DNA of 52,925 bases from Oscillospiraceae bacterium (lineage in GTDB: Bacteria > Bacillota > Clostridia > Oscillospirales > CAG-272). Within the stretch, counting starts at the first letter, position 1. Every line of letters starts with the position of its first letter. Below the pieces are notes generated by a model. That model was not told where the DNA came from and ran no database searches. It was given only the letters and a program-made list of their open reading frames with translations. The stretch spans positions 1 through 52,925 of the forward strand of contig SVSC01000002.1 in NCBI GenBank assembly GCA_015064525.1, read 5' to 3'. The translations under genes were made by a program, and so were the position numbers. Below are positions 27,073 through 34,818 of the stretch, one piece after another.

Positions 27073-27648
27073 TTAAAGAATTCGGCTCATCAAGCCCTCG
27101 GCATGCCGCTTGATCACCGCGGCGTAGTACGCGGCAACAATGATTTCCAAAGCGGTATTCAAGCGCGCTCTCGCCCCCGCAACCGTTTCCTCATAGTCCA
27201 CGGTCATCTCCTCAATCACCACGGAAAGCTCGTCCAACGCACAGGTGTGACCGTCCATCAAGCGGGACAGGATGCGGCAGATATAATCATAGAGTCGGGA
27301 ATCGCTGATGATATCATCCGAACGATCCTCAACCGATCCGTTGATATAGTGAATCAGATAGGCAATGTGATCCAATTGCATACAGGAACGGAGCATATTG
27401 ATGATGAGAATGTGCGCAACCTGATCAATGTTGTAGCGCTTGAGGCGACTGCTTGCCACCCAGCCTCTCTTGGTCCAGTTCTGCAAAGTGGAGCTGTCGA
27501 TCCCCGAAATATCTCTGATCTGCGTAAGCATAACTCCCTCGGAGATAAAAAAGACCTTTCTCAAAAAATCAAGACCCGTGAGCCCCTCCATATCGCTTCT
27601 TTTCAGCTTGGTTCCGGGGATCAGATCATCGTGAAACTGTAACTTCAT
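27073..27648 (-). CDS. DUF1836-like HTH protein
   Basis: LTQIRDISGIDSSTLQNWTKRGWV...KRYNIDQVAHILIINMLR matches my recollection of DUF1836 proteins. It precedes radC in the same operon. Confidence 0.5.
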   Translation of the reverse strand: MKLQFHDDLIPGTKLKRSDMEGLTGLDFLRKVFFISEGVMLTQIRDISGIDSSTLQNWTKRGWVASSRLKRYNIDQVAHILIINMLRSCMQLDHIAYLIHYINGSVEDRSDDIISDSRLYDYICRILSRLMDGHTCALDELSVVIEEMTVDYEETVAGARARLNTALEIIVAAYYAAVIKRHAEGLMSRIL

Positions 27649-27697
27649 AAAATCGCCCTCGCTTTCTCTTTCTTTAGACTGTCGTTTCTCGTCCTAT

Positions 27698-27726
27698 ATT
27701 ATATCACACAATCATCTGATTGTCAA
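27698..27726 (-). promoter_or_regulatory. consensus sigmaA promoter (DUF1836-radC operon)
   Basis: Minus strand reads TTGACA-17 nt-TATAAT preceded by TGTGa. Confidence 0.7.
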
Positions 27727-27757
27727 TGCTTTTTTCGTGTTTTTTTTAATGTACAAA

Positions 27758-27793
27758 GAAATGATCCGTAAAGTCAACTTTACGGATCATTTC
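27758..27793 (-). terminator. hairpin overlapping the dxs stop codon
   Basis: ~15-bp stem gaaatgatccgtaaag/ctttacggatcatttc, loop tcaa. Followed on minus by tttgtacatt. Confidence 0.45.
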
Positions 27794-29694
27794 ATGCTGT
27801 TCTCGATCGCCCTCACAATGGCTTCGGCATCCAAGCCCGCCGCGCGCAGGCACCCCTCTCCCTTTCCGGGAATCACAAAGGGATCCTCCAGCGCCATCGT
27901 GATCAGCCTTTTATTCTTCATCACGTCGAGCTTCTTCAACTCCTCGGAAAGGAGCATTCCCATGCCGCCGTTGCGGATCTCCTCCTCCAAAAGAAGAACG
28001 GTTGCCGCCTTTTGAGGCAATCTCCTTGCCACCTGCTCGGCGATCATGCCATAGGGCGCCACCTGCTCCAAAAGCAGGATTCCCACCCGAACACTCCGCT
28101 CCCGCAGAAGATCCGAGGCTCGCAACGCTTCCTCCACAATCCTGCCGTGGGTCACGATCACCGCATCGGGAGTGTCGAAGGGCTCATAATTCGGTCGAAC
28201 AACCGTGTCATCCCCCTTCTCGGCTCCGCCGTAAAATTCCTCTGCCACGCGGGGAGACTCGCACCCGTTGGGATAGCGGATCGCCACGGGCCCATCGCTG
28301 TGAAAAGCCCTTTCCATGGCTCGCCGCAGAGCTTGCTCGGTTACGGGAGTGTAGATGGGAAGCTTGGGAATTTGGGAAAGAAAGGCAACGTCGAACACAC
28401 CGTAGTGCGTGGGGCCGTCCCCCAAATTCATACCCGCCCGATCCACTAAAAAAACAACGGGAAGCCCCTGCAGCGCAACGTCGTGAATGATATTATCGTA
28501 GGCTCTTTGCAGGAAGGTAGAATAAATTGCGACTGCGGGACGATAGCCGTTTGCGGCAAGCCCCGCCGCAAAGGTGACCGCATGCTCCTCCGCAATGCCA
28601 ACGTCGAAAAATCTCTCGGGAAACCGCTTGCGGAAGCCGTTCAGTCCCGTGCCGTCTGCCATGGCGGCAGTAATGGCGCAAATATTGGGTTCCTGCTCCG
28701 CCATCGCGCAAAGAGCGTCTCCCATTTGCGCCGAGAAGGTACTTCCCTTCTTTTTTTGAGAAGCGGGAGACATTCCATGAAATTTGTCGGGCTTTTCCTC
28801 CGCCTCGGCATAGCCCTTTCCTTTTTTGGTTTTCAGGTGGATAATGCAGCTCTCTCCGCTTGCCTTTGCCTCGCGGAGCAGCTTTTCCACCGCCGCTTCG
28901 TCGTTGCCGTCCACGGGACCGAAATAAAACAGTCCCAGATTTTCAAACACGTTACTGCCGTACAGCACGGTTTTGAACAATCGCTTGACTCTCTGCAAAA
29001 AGGAGATCATGTGCTTCCCCAAAAAAGGAACGCGGGAAAGCACGCCGGAAACCGTTCGTTTGGTTTTAAAATAGCCCTTGGAGGCTCTCAGGTGGGAAAG
29101 CTCCTTGGCAAATCTTCCGATGTTTTTGGAGATCGACATTTCATTTTCATTCAGAATGATGATCAGCCGCAGATCCTTACTGCAGTTATTCAACGCCTCA
29201 TGAATCATGCCGCCCGTATAGGCTCCGTCCCCCACCACGCAAACGGTGAAGGCATCCGATCCGCTCATGCGATCCGCCTCCGCAAAGCCCAGAGCCGCCG
29301 AAAGAGAGGTGGAGCTATGCCCGGTTCCGAAGCAATCATGCTCGCTCTCACAACGCTTGGGAAAGCCGCTCATGCCGCCGCTCTGCCGCAGGGTTCCGAA
29401 CTGCTCCATGCGTCCTGTCATCAGCTTATGCACATAGCATTGATGCCCCACGTCAAAAATCAAATGATCCTTTGGCGTTTCAAACACACGGTGGATCGCC
29501 AGCGTGAATTCTACCGCGCCCAGGTTGGAGGCAAGGTGTCCTCCGTTTTCCGAAACTCGCTCGATCAAAAAGGAGCGGATCTCCTTGGCAAGGCTTGGAA
29601 TTTGATCATCAGGTAGCACCTTGAGCGCTTGCGGACTGTCAATTTTTTGTAGCAGCGAATATTCCTTCGCGCCTACCGATTCCTCTTTTTTCAC
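27787..29694 (-). CDS. dxs: 1-deoxy-D-xylulose-5-phosphate synthase
   Basis: GGHLASNLGAVEFTLAIHRVF, DVGHQCYVHKLMTGR and the TPP motif GDGAYTGGM. GTG start behind GGAGGG. Confidence 0.95.
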   Translation of the reverse strand: MKKEESVGAKEYSLLQKIDSPQALKVLPDDQIPSLAKEIRSFLIERVSENGGHLASNLGAVEFTLAIHRVFETPKDHLIFDVGHQCYVHKLMTGRMEQFGTLRQSGGMSGFPKRCESEHDCFGTGHSSTSLSAALGFAEADRMSGSDAFTVCVVGDGAYTGGMIHEALNNCSKDLRLIIILNENEMSISKNIGRFAKELSHLRASKGYFKTKRTVSGVLSRVPFLGKHMISFLQRVKRLFKTVLYGSNVFENLGLFYFGPVDGNDEAAVEKLLREAKASGESCIIHLKTKKGKGYAEAEEKPDKFHGMSPASQKKKGSTFSAQMGDALCAMAEQEPNICAITAAMADGTGLNGFRKRFPERFFDVGIAEEHAVTFAAGLAANGYRPAVAIYSTFLQRAYDNIIHDVALQGLPVVFLVDRAGMNLGDGPTHYGVFDVAFLSQIPKLPIYTPVTEQALRRAMERAFHSDGPVAIRYPNGCESPRVAEEFYGGAEKGDDTVVRPNYEPFDTPDAVIVTHGRIVEEALRASDLLRERSVRVGILLLEQVAPYGMIAEQVARRLPQKAATVLLLEEEIRNGGMGMLLSEELKKLDVMKNKRLITMALEDPFVIPGKGEGCLRAAGLDAEAIVRAIENSMK

Positions 29695-29728
29695 GGTCGA
29701 TCCCTCCTTTCACGGTTTTTGCTTCCAT

Positions 29729-29757
29729 ATTATATCACACTTCCCCCTCTTTGTCAA
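29729..29757 (-). promoter_or_regulatory. consensus sigmaA promoter of dxs
   Basis: Minus strand reads TTGACA-17 nt-TATAAT preceded by TGTGa. Confidence 0.7.
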
Positions 29758-29891
29758 CAAAATTCCCTCCTCTTCTCTGTGTTTTTTAACTTTCTTTACA
29801 AAAAGGTCAAAAACGCAAAAAAGTGAGATTTTGTGAGAAAATGACATGATAATCTCTTGTAATCGTCTTTATTTGCTTTTTGATGAACGCC

Positions 29892-29924
29892 TTTGACCTT
29901 CTTTGACTTTGACTTTCTTTGACT
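29892..29924 (-). promoter_or_regulatory. CtsR operator: two abutting CtsR boxes
   Basis: The minus strand reads AGTCAAAGAAAGTCAAA and AGTCAAAGAAGGTCAAA (consensus A/GGTCAAAnanA/GGTCAAA). Heptads lie at 29892-98, 29902-08, 29908-14 and 29918-24. Confidence 0.8.
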
Positions 29925-29937
29925 TTTGATCTATAAT
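29909..29937 (+). promoter_or_regulatory. sigmaA promoter of the ctsR-mcsA-mcsB-clpC operon
   Basis: TTGACT (29909-14), 17 nt, TATAAT (29932-37). The -35 and spacer are embedded in the CtsR boxes. Confidence 0.75.
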
Positions 29938-29978
29938 GAAAGCACAAAGAGAACCACACCACAAAGGAGGGCTACGCG

Positions 29979-30425
29979 ATGCTGGCTGATATGATTGCGA
30001 GAATGATTGAGGAAATGCTCAACGAGGGAGACGGCACGTTGGAGCTGCAACGAAACGAGATGGCGAGCCGCATTGGCTGCGTTCCCAGCCAGATCAGCTA
30101 TGTCATCTCCTCCCGCTTCACTCCCGAGCGCGGCTACGTGATCGAATCGAGACGGGGCGGCGGAGGCTGTATCCGCATTGTTCGCAAGCAAATGAACCGC
30201 GACGAATATCTGATGCACTTCTTTTGCGCCATCGGTGACGAGATTGAGGAAGCGGAAGCCAATGCCTACTTGAAAAATTTAGCCGATCACGCCCTGCTCT
30301 CCGACCACGGCTACCGTGTGGCTCGCGCTGCCCTTTCCAACGCGGCACTGGCATCGGTAATCCCCTCTCAGAGAAACCGTTTGCGCGCCGAGATCTTCAA
30401 GCAAATGGCGCTGGCGCTCATGTAG
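29979..30425 (+). CDS. ctsR: class III stress-gene repressor CtsR
   Basis: ELQRNEMASRIGCVPSQISYVISSRFTPERGYVIESRRGGGGCIRI is the CtsR winged-HTH and glycine-loop signature. Confidence 0.95.
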   Translation: MLADMIARMIEEMLNEGDGTLELQRNEMASRIGCVPSQISYVISSRFTPERGYVIESRRGGGGCIRIVRKQMNRDEYLMHFFCAIGDEIEEAEANAYLKNLADHALLSDHGYRVARAALSNAALASVIPSQRNRLRAEIFKQMALALM

Positions 30426-30578
30426 GGAGATCGGTGACCCCATTTCGGTCGGTTATTTTGAAAAAAACAGTATTTTTCGGACTCCGTACAGATATTGCGA
30501 CAATCTTTTCGTGCATGGAGCGATATAATATTACAAAAGGCTGCCGGCACTTCGGCAACGGAAAGGAAAATAAAAAAA

Positions 30579-31121
30579 ATGTTGTGTGAAAAATGCAAAA
30601 AAAGGACTGCTACAGTCTTTTATAATGAAAATATGAACGGAAAGGTTCGTTCTTATTCTCTTTGCGGTGAATGCGCCGCAAAGCTCCGCGAGCGGGGCGA
30701 GCTTCAGGATATTACCTCTATGACAGGCTCCTTTGCAGATCCCTTCTCCGAACTTCAAGATCACTTCTTTTCGGGCTTTTTCGGGATTTCACCCCAAAAG
30801 GAGATTCGCTCCGAAAAGAAATGCCCGCAATGCGGAACCGTTTACGGGGAAATTGCAAAGCTGGGGCGCGTGGGATGCCCCGAATGCTACTCCGTTTTTG
30901 CCGATGAATTGAGCCGTATGATTCAATCGGTACACGGAACCACTACCCACACGGGCAGTGTTCCCGCCCGTCAGCGCGCGCTGAAGCAACGGGCTGAAAC
31001 CCTCAAGCAACTCCGCACGCTTCAGCAGGATGCCGTTCGTCGGGAGGATTACGAAACCGCTGCCCGACTGCGCGACGAAATTAAACAGCTAGAGCAATCC
31101 AAGGAACAGGAGGACGCTTAA
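30579..31121 (+). CDS. mcsA: McsA (zinc-finger / UVR-motif activator of McsB)
   Basis: CEKCKKR...CGEC and CPQCG...CPEC zinc fingers. C-terminal UVR motif EDYETAARLRDEIKQLE. ATG 30579 behind GAAAGGA; the track start at 30495 is an upstream extension. Confidence 0.85.
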   Translation: MLCEKCKKRTATVFYNENMNGKVRSYSLCGECAAKLRERGELQDITSMTGSFADPFSELQDHFFSGFFGISPQKEIRSEKKCPQCGTVYGEIAKLGRVGCPECYSVFADELSRMIQSVHGTTTHTGSVPARQRALKQRAETLKQLRTLQQDAVRREDYETAARLRDEIKQLEQSKEQEDA

Positions 31122-31122
31122 C

Positions 31123-32160
31123 ATGACATGGTATAATTCTGTTGGAAAAGACGCCGACACCGTGATCAGCTCCCGTGTTCGTCTGGCGAGAAACATCAAC
31201 GGCTATCCCTTTGCCTCCAAGCTGGACGCGTCGGGTGCCAACGAAATTATTGAAAAAGTCAGCGCTCCCTTGGAGCCCGCAGGCTTTCGCAAGATCAATT
31301 TTTCCGATCTTTCCTCTATCATGGCAACCTCCTACGTGGAGCGGCACTACGTGAGTCCCGAATTTTCCACGAAGGAATCCCCTCACGCCCTTTTGCTGCA
31401 GGAAAACGGCGGCATTGCCGTGATGGTATGTGAGGAGGATCACCTGCGGATCCAGAGCATTCTCCCGGGACTCGCCCTGGACGAGGCTTACCTCAACGCC
31501 TCTCGCGTGGAAAAACGCCTGGACGAGGAATTCGACTTTGCCTACAGCGAGCGCTTGGGGTATCTTACCCATTGTCCCACCAATCTGGGAACCGGTATGC
31601 GGGCATCGGTGATGATGTTCCTGCCTGCCCTCACCAAGGGACACTACATGAATTCCCTTGCCAATCAGCTTTCCAAAATCGGACTTACCGTTCGGGGCTT
31701 GTTCGGGGAAGGCAGCGGCTCGGCGGGCTATCTCTACCAGATCTCCAACCAGGTTACTCTTGGGTTGAACGAGGAGGAAACGCTGAAAAAACTCAGCGAC
31801 GCCGTGGCGCAGATCACCGAAAGTGAGAGGCGCGCGCGCCGCTCCATCGTTGGGGAGCCGTTGGAGCGCCTCACCGACAGTATTCTGCGCGCGGAGGGGG
31901 TTTTGAAATATGCCTACCGCCTTTCCTCATCGGAATTTATCAAGCTCTCCGCCGAGGTTCGGTTCGGAATCGCCTTGGGGATCGTGAAGGACGTAACCTA
32001 TGAGCAATTGGGTACTCTTTTGGTGGAGGCAATGCCTGCCACCCTCACCCTTTCCTCCGAAAGCACCCCCAAAAATGAAGCCTCCAGAGACAAGCTCCGT
32101 GCCCAAAAGGTGCAGGCGGTTCTGCGCGGCACCCCTTCCGTGACGGAGAACCCCTCCTGA
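31123..32160 (+). CDS. mcsB: protein arginine kinase McsB
   Basis: ATP:guanido phosphotransferase signature CPTNLGTGMRASVM. Confidence 0.95.
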   Translation: MTWYNSVGKDADTVISSRVRLARNINGYPFASKLDASGANEIIEKVSAPLEPAGFRKINFSDLSSIMATSYVERHYVSPEFSTKESPHALLLQENGGIAVMVCEEDHLRIQSILPGLALDEAYLNASRVEKRLDEEFDFAYSERLGYLTHCPTNLGTGMRASVMMFLPALTKGHYMNSLANQLSKIGLTVRGLFGEGSGSAGYLYQISNQVTLGLNEEETLKKLSDAVAQITESERRARRSIVGEPLERLTDSILRAEGVLKYAYRLSSSEFIKLSAEVRFGIALGIVKDVTYEQLGTLLVEAMPATLTLSSESTPKNEASRDKLRAQKVQAVLRGTPSVTENPS

Positions 32161-32215
32161 GGAAAAAATTTCAAAAAAGGACCGACGGCGCAAGCCCTCG
32201 GACAGGTGATCATAT

Positions 32216-34675
32216 ATGTCAATTCAATTCACAAAAAAAGCGCAAAACGCTTTGAATTTATCCTTGCGTGTTGCCTCCGAGCTGGGACACACCTATATCG
32301 GCTCGGAGCATCTCCTCTTGGGTCTGCTCGGAGAGGAGGACGGCGTGGCGTCGGAATATCTCAGAGAACGGGGCGCCGATCCCCAGCAGATCCGAGAGGC
32401 GTTGATCCGTTTGGCAGGTCAAGGGACACCCGCAGAGGTTTCGGGAGCAGACATGACGCCCCGCACCAAGCGCATCATTGAGGCTGCCCACCATACCGCC
32501 ATCCGCTATCGGCACAATCACATTGGCACCGAGCATTTGTTGGCTGCGCTCCTGGAGGAGCGGGACTGCATGGCGGTTCGGATTCTGGATGCCCTGGACA
32601 TTCCCATCGGAGATCTTCACCGATCCGTTATTGGATTTCTGGAGTCGGGTGAGCCCACCGGTGAGAGACATAGCGGATCCTCTCGCGGCAAGGGTGAGCA
32701 GTCATCCTCCTCTCACAAAAAGGGGCTGGAGTCGGCGCCCACGCTGAAAAGCTACGGCAGAGATCTGACAGCCGCCGCGAAAAACGGCGATATTGACCCC
32801 ATTATCGGCAGAGACAGCGAAACCGAGCGCGTGATCCAAATTCTTTCCCGTCGAACCAAGAACAACCCCTGCCTCATCGGTGAGCCCGGTGTTGGAAAAA
32901 CCGCCGTGGTGGAGGGTCTGGCGCAACGGATTGTGGCAGGCAACGTTCCCGAAAATCTCCGCGACCGCACCATTGTAACGTTGGACATCGCCGCCATGAT
33001 CGCAGGCGCCAAGTACCGCGGAGAATTTGAGGAACGCTTTAAGAACGTGATGGAGGAGGTTCGCCGCGAGCCGTCTCTCATCCTCTTTATCGACGAGATC
33101 CACACCATTGTTGGCGCAGGCGCCGCCGAGGGCGCCGTGGATGCCGCAAACATCATCAAGCCAGCGCTTGCTCGCGGTGAAATGCAGGTGATCGGCGCCA
33201 CCACCGTTTCGGAATATCGCAAGCATATCGAAAAGGACGCCGCGCTGGAGCGACGCTTCCAGTCGGTAACTGTGGGAGAGCCCTCCCCCGAGGAGGCGGT
33301 TCTGATCCTGCAGGGATTGCGGGAAAAGTATGAGGAGCATCACAAGCTCAAGATCACCGATGAAGCGCTGGAGGCCGCTGTGAAGCTTTCGGTTCGCTAC
33401 ATTGCCGACCGCTTTCTTCCCGACAAGGCAATTGATCTGATCGACGAGGCAGCCTCCCGCCTGCGCATCAGCGCTCACACCTCTCCCGATGGCTTAAAGG
33501 AGCTGGAGCAACGGCTGCAAACCCTTGCAAGCGAAAAGGAGCAGGCAATCTCCAATCAGAAATTTGAGGAGGCGGCCCGCTTGCGGGATGAGGAGCAAAC
33601 GCTTCGCGAGGACTACAACAAGCAAAAAGCCGAGTGGGAATCCTCCAACGGAGCCGCTCCCCTTTCGGTGGGAGAAGCCGAGATCGCCGATGTGGTCACC
33701 CAATGGACAGGCATTCCCGTTAACCGCCTTCTGGAGGAGGAGGGCGATAAGCTCTTGCGGCTGGAGGAGCTGCTCCACCGCCGTGTGATCGGTCAGGACG
33801 AAGCGGCATCCGCCGTGAGCCGTGCCATCCGCAGAGGAAGAATGGGACTGAAGGATCCTCGACGTCCCGTTGGCTCCTTCATCTTTATGGGCCCTACGGG
33901 TATCGGAAAAACCGAGCTTGCCAAGGCGCTCTCCGAGGTGATGTTCGGGGATGCCTCCGCCATGATTCGTCTCGATATGTCGGAATATATGGAGAAGCAC
34001 AGCGTTTCCAAGCTGATTGGCTCCCCTCCCGGCTACGTTGGCTTTGAGGAGGGTGGACAGCTTACCGAAAAAATCCGCCGCAAGCCCTATTCCGTGGTTT
34101 TGTTCGATGAGATCGAAAAGGCGCATCCCGACGTGTTCAACATTCTGCTGCAGGTGCTGGAGGACGGCGTTCTCACCGATTCGCAGGGACGCCACGTGGA
34201 TTTCCGCAACACCATTCTGATCCTCACCTCCAACGTGGGCGCCACCGAGCTTCCCACCAAGTCTCTGGGCTTTACCTCGGTAACAGCCGCCGACGACGTT
34301 GGCGCAAAGCGGGATCGGATGACGGATGCCCTCAAGCGCACCTTCCGTCCCGAATTTCTCAATCGAATTGATGACATTATCGTATTCAACAGCCTCACAG
34401 AGGAAAGCATTCGTTCGATTGCCACCCTTATGCTGAACGACGTGCAGAAAAGGATCTCCTCCTTGGGGATTCGGGTTACCTTCGATGAGTCGGTGGCGGC
34501 TCTGCTGGCGCGGGAGGGCTTTGACCCCACCTACGGCGCCCGCCCCCTTCGCCGTGCCGTTGTGCGCTTGGTGGAGGATCGTTTTTCCACCGATATGCTG
34601 GAGGGACGGATCAAGGTTGGCGACACCGTGACCGCCGTGGCGGAGAATGGAGAAATCCTGTTCAGGGTTGGATAA
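32216..34675 (+). CDS. clpC: ATP-dependent Clp protease ATP-binding subunit ClpC
   Basis: Clp N repeats, two Walker A motifs (GEPGVGKTA, GPTGIGKTE) and a UVR motif (FEEAARLRDEE). Confidence 0.95.
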   Translation: MSIQFTKKAQNALNLSLRVASELGHTYIGSEHLLLGLLGEEDGVASEYLRERGADPQQIREALIRLAGQGTPAEVSGADMTPRTKRIIEAAHHTAIRYRHNHIGTEHLLAALLEERDCMAVRILDALDIPIGDLHRSVIGFLESGEPTGERHSGSSRGKGEQSSSSHKKGLESAPTLKSYGRDLTAAAKNGDIDPIIGRDSETERVIQILSRRTKNNPCLIGEPGVGKTAVVEGLAQRIVAGNVPENLRDRTIVTLDIAAMIAGAKYRGEFEERFKNVMEEVRREPSLILFIDEIHTIVGAGAAEGAVDAANIIKPALARGEMQVIGATTVSEYRKHIEKDAALERRFQSVTVGEPSPEEAVLILQGLREKYEEHHKLKITDEALEAAVKLSVRYIADRFLPDKAIDLIDEAASRLRISAHTSPDGLKELEQRLQTLASEKEQAISNQKFEEAARLRDEEQTLREDYNKQKAEWESSNGAAPLSVGEAEIADVVTQWTGIPVNRLLEEEGDKLLRLEELLHRRVIGQDEAASAVSRAIRRGRMGLKDPRRPVGSFIFMGPTGIGKTELAKALSEVMFGDASAMIRLDMSEYMEKHSVSKLIGSPPGYVGFEEGGQLTEKIRRKPYSVVLFDEIEKAHPDVFNILLQVLEDGVLTDSQGRHVDFRNTILILTSNVGATELPTKSLGFTSVTAADDVGAKRDRMTDALKRTFRPEFLNRIDDIIVFNSLTEESIRSIATLMLNDVQKRISSLGIRVTFDESVAALLAREGFDPTYGARPLRRAVVRLVEDRFSTDMLEGRIKVGDTVTAVAENGEILFRVG

Positions 34676-34687
34676 AGCGTTTCCTTT

Positions 34688-34727
34688 GCTGTTGCGGCGT
34701 TCTTTGCCGCAACAGCACTTTTATTTT
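34688..34727 (+). terminator. rho-independent terminator after clpC
   Basis: 11-bp stem gctgttgcggc/gccgcaacagc followed by acttttatttt. Confidence 0.8.
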
Positions 34728-34757
34728 GACAAAAAACAAAAAATTTCTCGGAAAATC

Positions 34758-34786
34758 TCCACAAATCCGAAAAAATGTGGTATAAT
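34758..34786 (+). promoter_or_regulatory. extended -10 promoter of the wall-hydrolase/dat operon
   Basis: TGTGgTATAAT (TATAAT at 34781-86) with a weak -35 TCCACA. Confidence 0.45.
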
Positions 34787-34818
34787 GTATGTAATCGGAC
34801 TAAACAGGAGGATTTTCC

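Noticed and set aside
30426-30578. 153-nt gap between ctsR and mcsA containing a TATAAT (30524-30529); the track also extends mcsA to 30495
   Set aside because: There is no acceptable -35 at 16-18 nt and no TG extension, so I cannot support an internal promoter. The ATG at 30579 has the SD and starts the conserved CxxC finger.
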